Assembly (NCBI GenBank): GCA_023334545.1
Contig: JAADVB010000071.1
Coordinates: 9,296 to 73,295 of the forward strand
DNA from: Salisapilia sapeloensis CBS 127946
Lineage: Eukaryota; Protista; Oomycota
Reading direction: 5' to 3'
DNA length: 64,000 nt
In this document: piece after piece, positions 21,607 through 31,905 of the stretch
Layout: each line of letters starts with the position of its first letter
Numbering within the stretch: position 1 is the first letter of the stretch
The notes under the pieces: generated by a model
The model's database searches: none
Told to the model about the DNA's origin: nothing
The model's input: only the letters and a program-made list of their open reading frames with translations
Program-made: the position numbers and the translations under genes

Positions 21607-22710
21607 TTAAATCTCTCGAGACGTCGGGTGGCCATGCCAAGGATGTAGTTCGCTGCCACTTTCATCCAAGTAACGTCGCGGTTCGAGTCCTTGCATCCGG
21701 TAGGACGCGTCCGACGGATTCGAATTCACTGGCGTCGGTCCATACGACATCGTCCTACCGTCCTGGCTCATACAGCTTATTCCATGGTCCATATACTGCG
21801 GAGGCGGTGGGAGGTGCATCCTCCCTTCGACCTTCATCCGCTCTTCCATTGACTTGTGCACCAAAGGGTATGTCTGCGACTGCATCTGCTGTCGTTGTGG
21901 CGGATCCTCGAGTATATTTTGCAAAATATCTTGGAAGTTCTCATCCATGGCGGCATTCGGCTGGTCGTACATGCCAGGACCGATGGGAAGAGAAGGGTAT
22001 GTGTACTGATACGGTATCGGCATCGGACTCGCGTAGCCGTACTCTGCCTTTTCACCTGTACCGAACGATACGTCCTCCGGGGGAGGAGGAAGCGTGTTAT
22101 ATTGACTAGCTACGTCCCGTCGAGGTATCAAGTCGGACTTGACAGAACCCGGATGCCGGTCGTTCAAGGCTAGATGCTTCATATCTGGATTCTGATCCAT
22201 CGCCTTATAACGTGCGACGGCATTGGCCTCGGACATCCCGGCCTCTCGCAGCTTGTCGACTGCGTCGTCATACCGCATCCCTCCGACGGCCTTGCTAATG
22301 TCCATCCGACGATTGTATTCGTTCTCCTCGATCGTCTTGGCAAGATGCCATTCGTCACGTCCGCACGAGCAATGGGTCCCGTCAGCTCCCTTGTACCTCG
22401 TCGTGGCGGTCGGGTCCCCTTCGGCGGCAAGCGCTTGGACAGCACACTCGCAGCAAGTGAACATTTGTTTGGACCGGTAGGATCCGAGCCAATTGGACTT
22501 GAAGCGAGGGAACCAGTACTTGCGGTCTCTGGTCTTTTCCGGTCCGTCGCCAGCGCTATTGGAGCTGTACTGGGGTCCTATCTGTCGAAGACCGTCACTA
22601 GGGTGCTGGTGAGCCATCGTAGTGACTAACGTTCGCCGCTGTAACTCGTTGACATCGTCAGTATAGCAAACGTCTTGGTGATCCGTGGCCTGTCCGTCGT
22701 CGTCATCCAT
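21607..22710 (-). CDS. Hypothetical protein with Cys/His module and Pro/Gln-rich C-terminus
   Basis: Long ORF with high-GC3 codon style; likely start MDDDDGQ at 22710; no family recognised. Confidence 0.6.
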   Translation of the reverse strand: MDDDDGQATDHQDVCYTDDVNELQRRTLVTTMAHQHPSDGLRQIGPQYSSNSAGDGPEKTRDRKYWFPRFKSNWLGSYRSKQMFTCCECAVQALAAEGDPTATTRYKGADGTHCSCGRDEWHLAKTIEENEYNRRMDISKAVGGMRYDDAVDKLREAGMSEANAVARYKAMDQNPDMKHLALNDRHPGSVKSDLIPRRDVASQYNTLPPPPEDVSFGTGEKAEYGYASPMPIPYQYTYPSLPIGPGMYDQPNAAMDENFQDILQNILEDPPQRQQMQSQTYPLVHKSMEERMKVEGRMHLPPPPQYMDHGISCMSQDGRTMSYGPTPVNSNPSDASYRMQGLEPRRYLDESGSELHPWHGHPTSREI

Positions 22711-23498
22711 CTCTCGTGCCAAGCTAAGAAAGAAAGTGGACGGCAAGCACGAGGTTCCCATCAAGAGAAAAATTAGTCTGTTCGTCACGCTGGTCTGATT
22801 CGGGACTGGCGTCAATGTATGAACGTTGTGGCTACACTGCATGTCCTGCATCTACGACTACACCTCTTTGCTTTCCCCTGTGAGTCGTTTTTCTTGAAAT
22901 GAAACCTTGAGCGCAAGCACCGAAGCACTCATCTGGTCCTGTGTCGGCGTTTCTCCAAGTGCCCGTGCAGCAGGTGGCATCCAGAAACACGAGGACAGGT
23001 CATTCCGAATTGACGTAGATCTGGACTCACTTCCACAAACGTCATCTGGGGCGTATTAAATAGCCAGGTTACAACCCGCGACCACCTTAAACATCCTCTC
23101 GACTGCCTTGAGTGTGCTGTCGTCCATCATCGAATAGAGACGTGATACGAGGCTGCTGTAAAGGCGGAAAGCACGTTCGTTTCACAACGAGGCAACACAC
23201 CACCTGACGAGGCCATCAGTCGCACGTACCACGAATTCAAGTCCTAGATCGACTCGTATCCTTGCTTATCAAGTCCAAACGTCTTTGTCGTCAACTCTCG
23301 TAACGAGATGCTGTCTTCCTAAAAGGCACATCCACGTCATGTTGCGCAAAGTAGATGCTACAACTGACTTGCCATCCGCTACCACATTGCATGTAACGTT
23401 ATGGCGTCATACGTACAGCGCATCCTACATCCAAGATCCCACTACCTCGATACAAGCATATATTCACGCTACTTTAAAATCCATCTACTAGCTTCCAC

Positions 23499-26400
23499 TT
23501 AGCATCTCTTCCGGCTCACGCCGTCTTCTTGCTCCGTGCCGTGGATCGAGGCAGACCAAATCTTCCCGCCATCTTGTACACCGTCTTGCAGTACCAGTTT
23601 CTGCGCAACAAAAAGACTCGCATCGCGGTTCGTCCAATAGATCACGTGCGCCGTCAACGCAAACAAGTACTCGTTCGTGATCTCAATCTCATTCTCCTGG
23701 AGCGTATAGTCGATCGGCTGGCCTTCACACAGATTCCCAAACGTACGAATGTCCTTTGCAAACGCATCGGCACCGTGTTGACTCATTGGAGGCGAGTCGA
23801 GGCCCGATACAGGTCGATCCGACGTCGTGTACCGGAAGGATCCAGTGCTGTACTCGCTATTCGTCCGCTCCAGCTCGACACTCGCGTCCCCTGTTTCATC
23901 CAGCGGCTCTTGGACATACGGATCTGCTGGATGTTCACTACCTTCCACCAGTCCCACTCGTCTCGCATTGCTCTCGACGGCATGCTCAAAGTCTCTTCGC
24001 CACCGTCGTAACGTCTGGACGAAATGTCGAAAGGAATTGCGCACTTGGTACTGGAATCGCAGCCTCCCTTCAAACGTCCCGATGATCGCAGCCTTCGACT
24101 TGGCGCGTGCAGGATTGATGATCGGTTCGAGTCGATACGCCACTGGATCGTACGGATGATAAATATTGTACAGTCGACGGCAATTCGGAAGTGTAAACGC
24201 TCGATCCAGTGTCTGTCCTCGGACTCTCAGAAAGAGTCCAACGGGCGAACCAAAGCAAAAGAGGTTGTCCACTTCAAAGCGTAGGCGAGGTACAGACATA
24301 CCAGTCGCATTCACTTGCCCTCGACGCGGTGTCGGTGGAGGTACGAAGGAACTTTCCGATTCCGACCGATGTTTCAATTGTTCTGTGAACATCGTTTCAA
24401 ACTCTTCAGCGTTGGATCGAACGACATGTGCATCATCGTCACTGTCGCTCTCATTCTCCGAACAAAAGTGCTGTCCACTCATCCGCGTCTTCTGTTTCAA
24501 ATGCACCTTTTGCAACTCTAAAATATCAAACGAAATGATTGCACCGAGAGAATGCGCCAGGATAGATACTTTCTTCTGAGGTGGGAGCATCCCATCATCA
24601 TCATCTCTCAGCCATCCTTTATTCCGTTGCTGGAAGAGACTCACGATACGATTCATCTCGCCTGCTACTTGTTCCAGAATCACTTGGTGGAACATTGGAG
24701 ACATGAAGAAGAGGACATCGAGCACCGTCTCGTTATTAAATTCACGAAGCTTCGGGATCGCAGGGAGCGTCACGTCTCGGATCTTCTTATCCAGCTCTTC
24801 CATATGCAGCTTCGAATGCCATTCCACAGGTAGAAACTCGACCTTCTTCAGCTTCTTCCCTGACGCTCGGGCCGAATCAAAGTGCGGAGACGCCAGCGCT
24901 TCTTTATGCAGCAGACGGAGGTTCGCGGCACAGTCGATGATCGACCGGAGCGTCACAACGTTGATCAAGTCGATCGTCTTGAGAGCGTCGCCGATACCAT
25001 GGACGATCAGCACAAGCTCATCCACCTCCTCTTCAATGTCCGCGTCGTCTTCATTCGGCACACATCCCACCTCTTCCTCCACTTTAATCGCATCCTTCCA
25101 CTTCCGCAACGTCTCTTCATCCGATCGGACACGAGGATCACCGCGATACACTCGTCGCTTACTCGTAAACGCAGTCGTACCTGCAAGTAGTTTTTTAAAC
25201 TGCATCATGTCGTTCCCTCCTTTGATCTCGACCAAATGTCCGTCCACAGGAACGCTCAAACTACATTTCGACGACACGCGACTCGAAAACACACTTCGTT
25301 GCCGCCGTTCTCGTTCTAGTCGTTCCTTTTCTTCCTCCTGATGCGCGACAAAGTACGTAAAAGCATCTTCCAAGAAGGACGCAGCTACTGGATTGTACGG
25401 TGCAAGACCATAGTTGCGTTTCGCAAAGAGCCACGTGGACCGACAGACGATGAAACGATCTAGCACCGGCCAATAGACTGGTGTCATTTCCATCGAGTCA
25501 AAAGACACTTCGTACCGACCTTCATCGACAAGCACGACACGATATGGCGTCGGACGCTTACCTGCCTTCTTCTGCTTCTCGTACCATCGAAAGTGTCTTT
25601 CTAACCGACGATTCTCATGCACTGGGAACTCCATCCACTTGCCGTTACCTGTCGCGTTATTCGAGCTCGGAGGCGATTCTCCGACCATCTGTGCTGCTTT
25701 CGACGCTGCTTTTGACCTTGTCGACTCTTCTGTCGGTCGAACTGACTCGTACGACGTCTTGTCCCCTTGGAGTTTCATGTAGAACCAACAGGGAAAGGTA
25801 GATTCATTCTGTTCGTCTAGTTTCTCCATCAAACAAGCGTTCGAAGTGACCTGCTCGGATGTTAAAGGAACGCCTCGATCTACTTCTGGCACTCGTTCTC
25901 GATCAGCAGTGTCCAATACGTCAAAGTATAGCATCTCGTTGTGCAGACGGATGGTCGCCATGAACTCAAAGCGTTGGAGTCTCGATTGGAGGACTCGAAG
26001 ACGCTGCAGGATACTATTCACGACATCTGCACGACGTTCTGGAGATAGTGACTCGTACGGTCCTCTGCCCAAGATATTCCACTGGACCATGCCCCAATGC
26101 TGCTCTAGTACGACAGTCGCAGAGTATAGATTCTCCACAACATGCTGGACGCGAGAAGTAGAGACAGTTAAAAATAAGTCTGTACGATGTTCTACTTCTT
26201 CTCTTGATGGAAACACGAGTTGAGACGGGAGAATGACAGCCCATCGTACCACACTTTCAGCTGCACCGAGCGGCGGGAGAACGAGATGACGTAGTAAGAA
26301 CCGTCGACGCATACTGTTTTTTGCGACAAAATACAACTCTGGTAGCTCTTCACTCGTAACGAATTGGGCAAATCCTTCCACGGCGTTGAATGCAGGTACA

Positions 26401-26738
26401 GCGAGACGTGTCTGCAGCGGCGCAAGTGGACCTAGCGGCACATTTTCCACCGTGCTTTTCGTCAAGTAAAAGACGCGCTGACCTTGTCTTGTAAATGCTA
26501 CTCGCCACTCAAACACAGACTGCTGTGCTGATGAAACTGTATCAACAACACAGTCACGAGAGCGCCCGACGGCGCGTTTCAATAGCTCTGGCGCCTTTCG
26601 CTGCATGGTCAGCGAGACTTGTCCGCCAAGCGACAACAGAAACGGGAACGGCGTGTACGCAGCCCAGGTCGAGTGGCCGTCATATCGCTCATGCATATCC
26701 CGCTGTGCATCCCGTACGATCTCCGCGATGTGGTACAT
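23499..26738 (-). CDS. DDHD-domain intracellular phospholipase A1 (SEC23IP/DDHD1-like) with WWE-like region
   Basis: LVLIVHGIG, FLPVEWH, ILAHSLG, FCFGSPVG, NIYHPYDPVAYRLEP, HVIYW; start codon uncertain. Confidence 0.86.
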   Translation of the reverse strand: MYHIAEIVRDAQRDMHERYDGHSTWAAYTPFPFLLSLGGQVSLTMQRKAPELLKRAVGRSRDCVVDTVSSAQQSVFEWRVAFTRQGQRVFYLTKSTVENVPLGPLAPLQTRLAVPAFNAVEGFAQFVTSEELPELYFVAKNSMRRRFLLRHLVLPPLGAAESVVRWAVILPSQLVFPSREEVEHRTDLFLTVSTSRVQHVVENLYSATVVLEQHWGMVQWNILGRGPYESLSPERRADVVNSILQRLRVLQSRLQRFEFMATIRLHNEMLYFDVLDTADRERVPEVDRGVPLTSEQVTSNACLMEKLDEQNESTFPCWFYMKLQGDKTSYESVRPTEESTRSKAASKAAQMVGESPPSSNNATGNGKWMEFPVHENRRLERHFRWYEKQKKAGKRPTPYRVVLVDEGRYEVSFDSMEMTPVYWPVLDRFIVCRSTWLFAKRNYGLAPYNPVAASFLEDAFTYFVAHQEEEKERLERERRQRSVFSSRVSSKCSLSVPVDGHLVEIKGGNDMMQFKKLLAGTTAFTSKRRVYRGDPRVRSDEETLRKWKDAIKVEEEVGCVPNEDDADIEEEVDELVLIVHGIGDALKTIDLINVVTLRSIIDCAANLRLLHKEALASPHFDSARASGKKLKKVEFLPVEWHSKLHMEELDKKIRDVTLPAIPKLREFNNETVLDVLFFMSPMFHQVILEQVAGEMNRIVSLFQQRNKGWLRDDDDGMLPPQKKVSILAHSLGAIISFDILELQKVHLKQKTRMSGQHFCSENESDSDDDAHVVRSNAEEFETMFTEQLKHRSESESSFVPPPTPRRGQVNATGMSVPRLRFEVDNLFCFGSPVGLFLRVRGQTLDRAFTLPNCRRLYNIYHPYDPVAYRLEPIINPARAKSKAAIIGTFEGRLRFQYQVRNSFRHFVQTLRRWRRDFEHAVESNARRVGLVEGSEHPADPYVQEPLDETGDASVELERTNSEYSTGSFRYTTSDRPVSGLDSPPMSQHGADAFAKDIRTFGNLCEGQPIDYTLQENEIEITNEYLFALTAHVIYWTNRDASLFVAQKLVLQDGVQDGGKIWSASIHGTEQEDGVSRKRC

Positions 26739-27170
26739 GCCACTCGAGAAGCCGCCGAGTGGGAGCTGCTGGTCGGTAAAATTAGATCTGTTCCAAACAC
26801 AGGAAAAACAAAGTGTGGCTCGAAATAGTTACGACGATTCAGAATCGAAGGTGAATGGAAATGTGAGTAAGTGACGTCATGAAGTCGAAATGTACAGTAT
26901 GAAAGATAGATCTCGCTCTTTTCGAAAGAGATGACAGGAAGGAATGTACTTGCGTACAAGTATCAAACGATGCGATACTTGGATGAAATGTCGTATTGAA
27001 GTTGAGATCTGAACATCTTGTCCAATCAAAAGTGGAAAGTTTTTGATTTCAACCAATGAAAAGCTACCAAGGTACCTTTTTCATGCGTTGGGTGGAACGA
27101 GGCATGTCATAGGCTCGAGTAGAATGGTCGAGGAGGTCATGGCTCTGGACCCACATCTCGTATTCTTCTT

Positions 27171-28169
27171 GTGTCGGCTATGGCGAGCATCGTACAGACT
27201 CGACTGCCGGTGGTCCATATCCCACAACGAGTAGCAAAGTCGTCGCCTCTGCCTCAGTCGTCTCTGGAGCAAGCACTGCCAGATGCGGTGCTGGAGCACA
27301 TGCTCCAGTACCTGTCGCTACCAGACTTGCTGCAGGCCGAAGCAGTGAATCGCGATTGGAAGCAGCTAGTGTCCGACTCTCGTGAATGGCACCACGTTAC
27401 TTTCTCCGACGACAATACGAGCAAGTGGCTACAGACTCTTCTCGTCATCACTAGGCGCCATGGAGCTCAAGTCCAGACGCTTTCCATCCACAACTGTAGC
27501 TTCATGAATAGCTCAGTGCTATCTATGGTAGCATCCAACTTGGTACATGTGCACAGCTTGACCATTCGATCGTGCAAGACACTTACAGATGAAGCGTTAG
27601 CGTCCTTCTTACTTGGCTCCAGTCGTAGTCTGGAACGCCTCGAGCTTCCTGCATGCCCACAACTGTCGGACATTTCTATCGACATGATCTGCAAAGCCAA
27701 TTCTCCTTTAGAAGCTGTGAACTTTAGCTTTAACCGCCTGATCTCTCCTTTGTCGATCATGAAGCTCACACACCACTTGCGTTCGACCTTGAAAGCGGTT
27801 AATTTCAAGTCCACTCGCGTGACAGATGAAGCGGTGGTAGCGATGAGCTCCACTTGCTCTCAGCTAATGTCCATTCGAGTTGGAGGCAGTGGACTCATGT
27901 CCGATACAACGCTCTATGCGCTGGCGAATAATTGCGGAGATCGATTGGAAGTGCTGGATGTCGCTCACAGCAATCCCTTTGGCGTCGGTCGTTGTGCTAT
28001 GACAGACGACGGGGTCAAGTATATAGCGTCCAAGTGTCCACAGCTGAGGGAAATCTGCCTCCGAGGCCAAGGATTGTTGACGAAAGAGTCGGAAATAGCG
28101 TTAAAGCAGCACTGTCCGAAACTGACGCGAGTAGGTACTAGTGGGTGTAGGCAGATGCGTGCCAAGTGA
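27171..28169 (+). CDS. F-box/LRR-repeat protein (FBXL-like)
   Basis: LPDAVLEHMLQYLSLPDLLQAEAVNRDW F-box followed by cysteine-containing LRRs (C..LTD, CPQLSD, CSQL, CPQLREI). Confidence 0.88.
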   Translation: MSAMASIVQTRLPVVHIPQRVAKSSPLPQSSLEQALPDAVLEHMLQYLSLPDLLQAEAVNRDWKQLVSDSREWHHVTFSDDNTSKWLQTLLVITRRHGAQVQTLSIHNCSFMNSSVLSMVASNLVHVHSLTIRSCKTLTDEALASFLLGSSRSLERLELPACPQLSDISIDMICKANSPLEAVNFSFNRLISPLSIMKLTHHLRSTLKAVNFKSTRVTDEAVVAMSSTCSQLMSIRVGGSGLMSDTTLYALANNCGDRLEVLDVAHSNPFGVGRCAMTDDGVKYIASKCPQLREICLRGQGLLTKESEIALKQHCPKLTRVGTSGCRQMRAK

Positions 28170-28879
28170 TTTATTTCGATTCAAAATTTATTTTCTTTAT
28201 GTCAGAATTTGGAGTATTCGTTTTGTGAATGATGTCTTCCAGGTAGCATGTATGTTGCCAAAATTAGGGCACCTAGGGATGCATGAACAGCAATGTCTCC
28301 GTCTATCTGGCAGCAAGGAGCTACGGAAGTCGAACGACTTGAATCAGAAAGCATACTTCAAATTAGATCAACACGTCAGGTACGTGCTCTACATGGACAC
28401 GATCGAGCGAAGGAATGGGCTTCATCCGCTTGTCCATGCACCTTTATCAGATCTTCAAGTTGATTTGAATACTGGCGCCTGCCAAGATAAAAGGGCCATG
28501 CGCGCTACGTATCGTTTCAATTGCTCTGCCATCTGACCTTGAAGTGAATGCGCCGAAAAGATTTCAAACTTTCCCCTCGAATGATAATAAATAGATACAT
28601 GTAGCAAACTTTGCACTCTATCGCCGTTACATTAGACTATTATCTCCCTAACACACATGTCCTCCATAAGCTCTTTAAACAAGAAAAGGTGAGTGCCTTG
28701 CAACATGATCAGTTTGATTCACGACTCTTGACAGTACATTCACATTCAAACGCAACTTCAAATAGGGTTTTCCAAAAGTAGAGGCTATTCCGCGAATTAG
28801 GACAAAAGTAGCCCCACTTGTAAAAAAGCTCACTTCATATATCCACTCCAGTCGCACAGTCAAAGAACATTCCGATAAA

Positions 28880-30801
28880 ATGACCTCCGTACTTGACCAG
28901 GCGAAGCAATGGATCGAATGGGATGTCAATGATGGCACCAAGTCTGCCGTTAAGGCCCTCGTCGATGCGAATGACACGGAAGCATTGCAAAAGCTCTTTG
29001 CATCTCGTGTTGAATTTGGGACTGCCGGGCTTAGGGCCTGCATGCGTCCCGGCCCGAACGGCATGAACGACCTCGTGGTCATTCAGACGACGCAAGGCTT
29101 ATGCAAATACCTCTTCGAATCGTTTGGAGAAGAAATTGCCAAGGAAAAAGGTATTGCAATCGGTTATGACCACCGAGCCATTGACTCGCTCTCTTCGAAA
29201 CGCTTTGCTGAGCTCGCTACGGCTGTCTGCGTCCATGTCGGAATGAAAGTGTACCTCTACGAAGGTTTTGCAGCCACACCACTCGTGGTATGTCCATCAC
29301 TACCTCTCCTTATAGCAAGAATGTTAAACCACAATCATATAGCCATTTTGTGTGGAGGAGAAGTCAACTGCTGCAGGAATTGTTATCACTGCATCACACA
29401 ACCCAAAGGTACATATTCCTCCTCCAACTTTCCTGCATGATAGGTACTTATTATATACCTAATGAGTAGCAAGACAATGGGTACAAGCTCTACTGGGCCA
29501 ATGGTAGTCAAATCATTCCTCCGCACGACGCTGCAATCGCGTCTCTCATCGAAAAAAACCTCGAGCCATGGACAGACTTCAGTGCTACATCCCAATCGAC
29601 GCTCCGTTCTAATCCTCTAGTGCATGATCCGACAAAGGATGTCGGTGACGCCTACTTTGCACATCTAAAACAGAAACTATGCCGTTATCCGGAAGACAAC
29701 GCGAAATCTCCTCTTCGCATCGCCTACACCGCCATGCACGGTGTTGGCCACGCGTTCACCTCTCGTTCCTTTGCTGCATTCAGTCTTCCGCCGTACATTC
29801 CTGTCGAGTCTCAGCTCCATCCGGATCCAGCTTTCCCGACCGTCACATTTCCCAATCCGGAAGAAGGCAAAGGTGCATTAAAGGAAGCTATGAAGACTGC
29901 TGCAGAGCACAATGCCACTTTGATCTTGGCGAATGATCCGGATGCAGACCGTCTCGCTATTGCTGAATGGGACGAAGCGAACGATCAATGGTACATCTTC
30001 TCCGGGAATGAGATTGGCGCCATGCTTGGCCACTGGAGTTTCGTACAATGGCAAGAGAGCTCTAGTACGACCAATATCAAGGACGTCTGGTTCGTAGCGT
30101 CTACCGTGTCGTCCAAGATGCTGAAAGCTGTTGCCGAAAAGGAAGGATGCAACTTTGCCGAGACCTTGACTGGCTTCAAGTGGATGGGGAATAAGACGGC
30201 TGACTTACGAGGTCAAGGTCAAACAGTAGTCTTTTCGTTTGAAGAAGCCATTGGCTTTTGTGTCGGTGACGTCGTGAAAGACAAGGATGGTGTGAGTGCA
30301 GCTGCATTTGCAGCAGAGATGGCAACGCAGCTCCAGTTGAAACGCAACCAGACACTGAAACAGTACTTGGAAACTCTGTACGCTAAGTATGGTGAATTCG
30401 TGACGAACAACCACTATGTTATCTGTCATGAACCCTCGACGATCGCGGCGATTTTCAAACGTCTGCGGAATGGCGGCGAGTACTGGACCCACTGTGGCGA
30501 CTTTGAGATTGCACACGTTCGAGACTTGACGACTGGATACGACAGTGAACAGCCAGATAAGAAGGCTATTCTCCCCGTAAGCAGTAGCTCTCAGATGATC
30601 ACGTATACCTTCACGAACGGATGCGTGGCAACGTTGCGAACGAGCGGGACGGAGCCAAAGCTCAAGTACTACGTCGAGCTCGCGGGTAAAGTCGGTCAGA
30701 AGCGGGGTGAAGTGGAGAATGTACTAGCTACGCAAGTCAGTCAGATCGTGTCGGAGATGCTCGAGCCGGAGAAGAACGGACTGCAGTTGCCGGAAGCCTA
30801 G
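28880..30801 (+). CDS. PGM2: Phosphoglucomutase/phosphopentomutase (PGM2 type), introns at about 29268-29342 and 29409-29468
   Basis: EFGTAGLR, ITASHNPK (phosphoserine loop), NDPDADR, FEEAIG, RTSGTEPKLKYY. Confidence 0.93.
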
Positions 30802-30969
30802 CTCGCCTAAGTTGAAGTTCGTCCGTCGATTCAAGATCCAATACACTTTGATTGGCTTTAAATCATCCTTTGCATCCAATCACTAGTCGTACTCGTTCAA
30901 AACCAGTCATCCGTAGCAAAACCATCAGCAAAGACTCGTTGGCATTGCCACCGGTACGTTCGGTTCATC

Positions 30970-31873
30970 ATGCAGCATGACGAAGTGATTTGGAGCGTTC
31001 TTTCGAACCAGTTCTGTTCCTTCAAGACCAAGTATGTTTTTATCCATTCTCTTCACTCTATTGCAATCGAGTACTAAAGTATGTACCAATGGTAGATTGC
31101 CAGACACCAAGAATGAGTTTTGTCGAAACGAGTATAACGTCTCTGGTCTTTGCAATCGCGGTGCATGCCCACTCGCGAATAGTCGATACGCTACCATTCG
31201 TGAACATGATGGCGTCTGTTACTTGTACACCAAGACAATCGAACGTGCTCACTCGCCCAAGAACTTATGGGAAAAGAAAAAATTGTCGAAAAACTATACG
31301 AAAGCATTAGCCCAAGTGGATGAAGAGCTCCAATTCTGGCCAAAGAACCTCATCCATAAGAACAAGCAGCGTCTCACGAAAATCCATCAGTACCTCATGC
31401 GTATGCGAAAGCTACGTATGAAGACCAAGCCACGTATGGAAGTCGTCAAGAAGAAACTCGACAGACGAGAAGCTCGTCGTGAGAAGAAGGCAGAGGACGC
31501 TGCCAAGCTCGATACAGCCATTGAAAAGGAATTGCTTGAGCGTCTTAAGAACGGAACGTACGGTGATATCTACAACTTCCCGTCGCAACAGTTCTCGAAC
31601 GTCTTGGAGAATGGCGACGATGCACAAGTAGAGGACGGAGAAGACTATGAAGATGAAGAGGAAAGTGAAGATGAAGTGGAGTATGTGGAAGATTTAGAAG
31701 AAGAAGAGAGCGACTTGGAGAGTCTCGCGGACGATATGGAGCGTACGGGTGGCACGAAACGCAAGAAGGATACCTCGGACGAACGACCGACGAAGAAGAA
31801 CCGATCGGGACCGTACGTCGAGATCGAGTACGAACAGGAAGAGGAGACAGAACCTACGGAAACGTCGTGGTAA
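30970..31873 (+). CDS. MAK16: Ribosome biogenesis protein MAK16, intron 31032-31095
   Basis: [13 protein letters not shown]; [26 protein letters not shown]; ERAHSP; [17 protein letters not shown]; acidic tail. Confidence 0.95.
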
Positions 31874-31905
31874 TTGCTATACAACCTACATTTTGCCATC
31901 CAACA

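Noticed and set aside
28170-28870. Possible small gene between the F-box gene and PGM2
   Set aside because: Only short ORFs and scattered splice-like signals; I could not build a consistent model.
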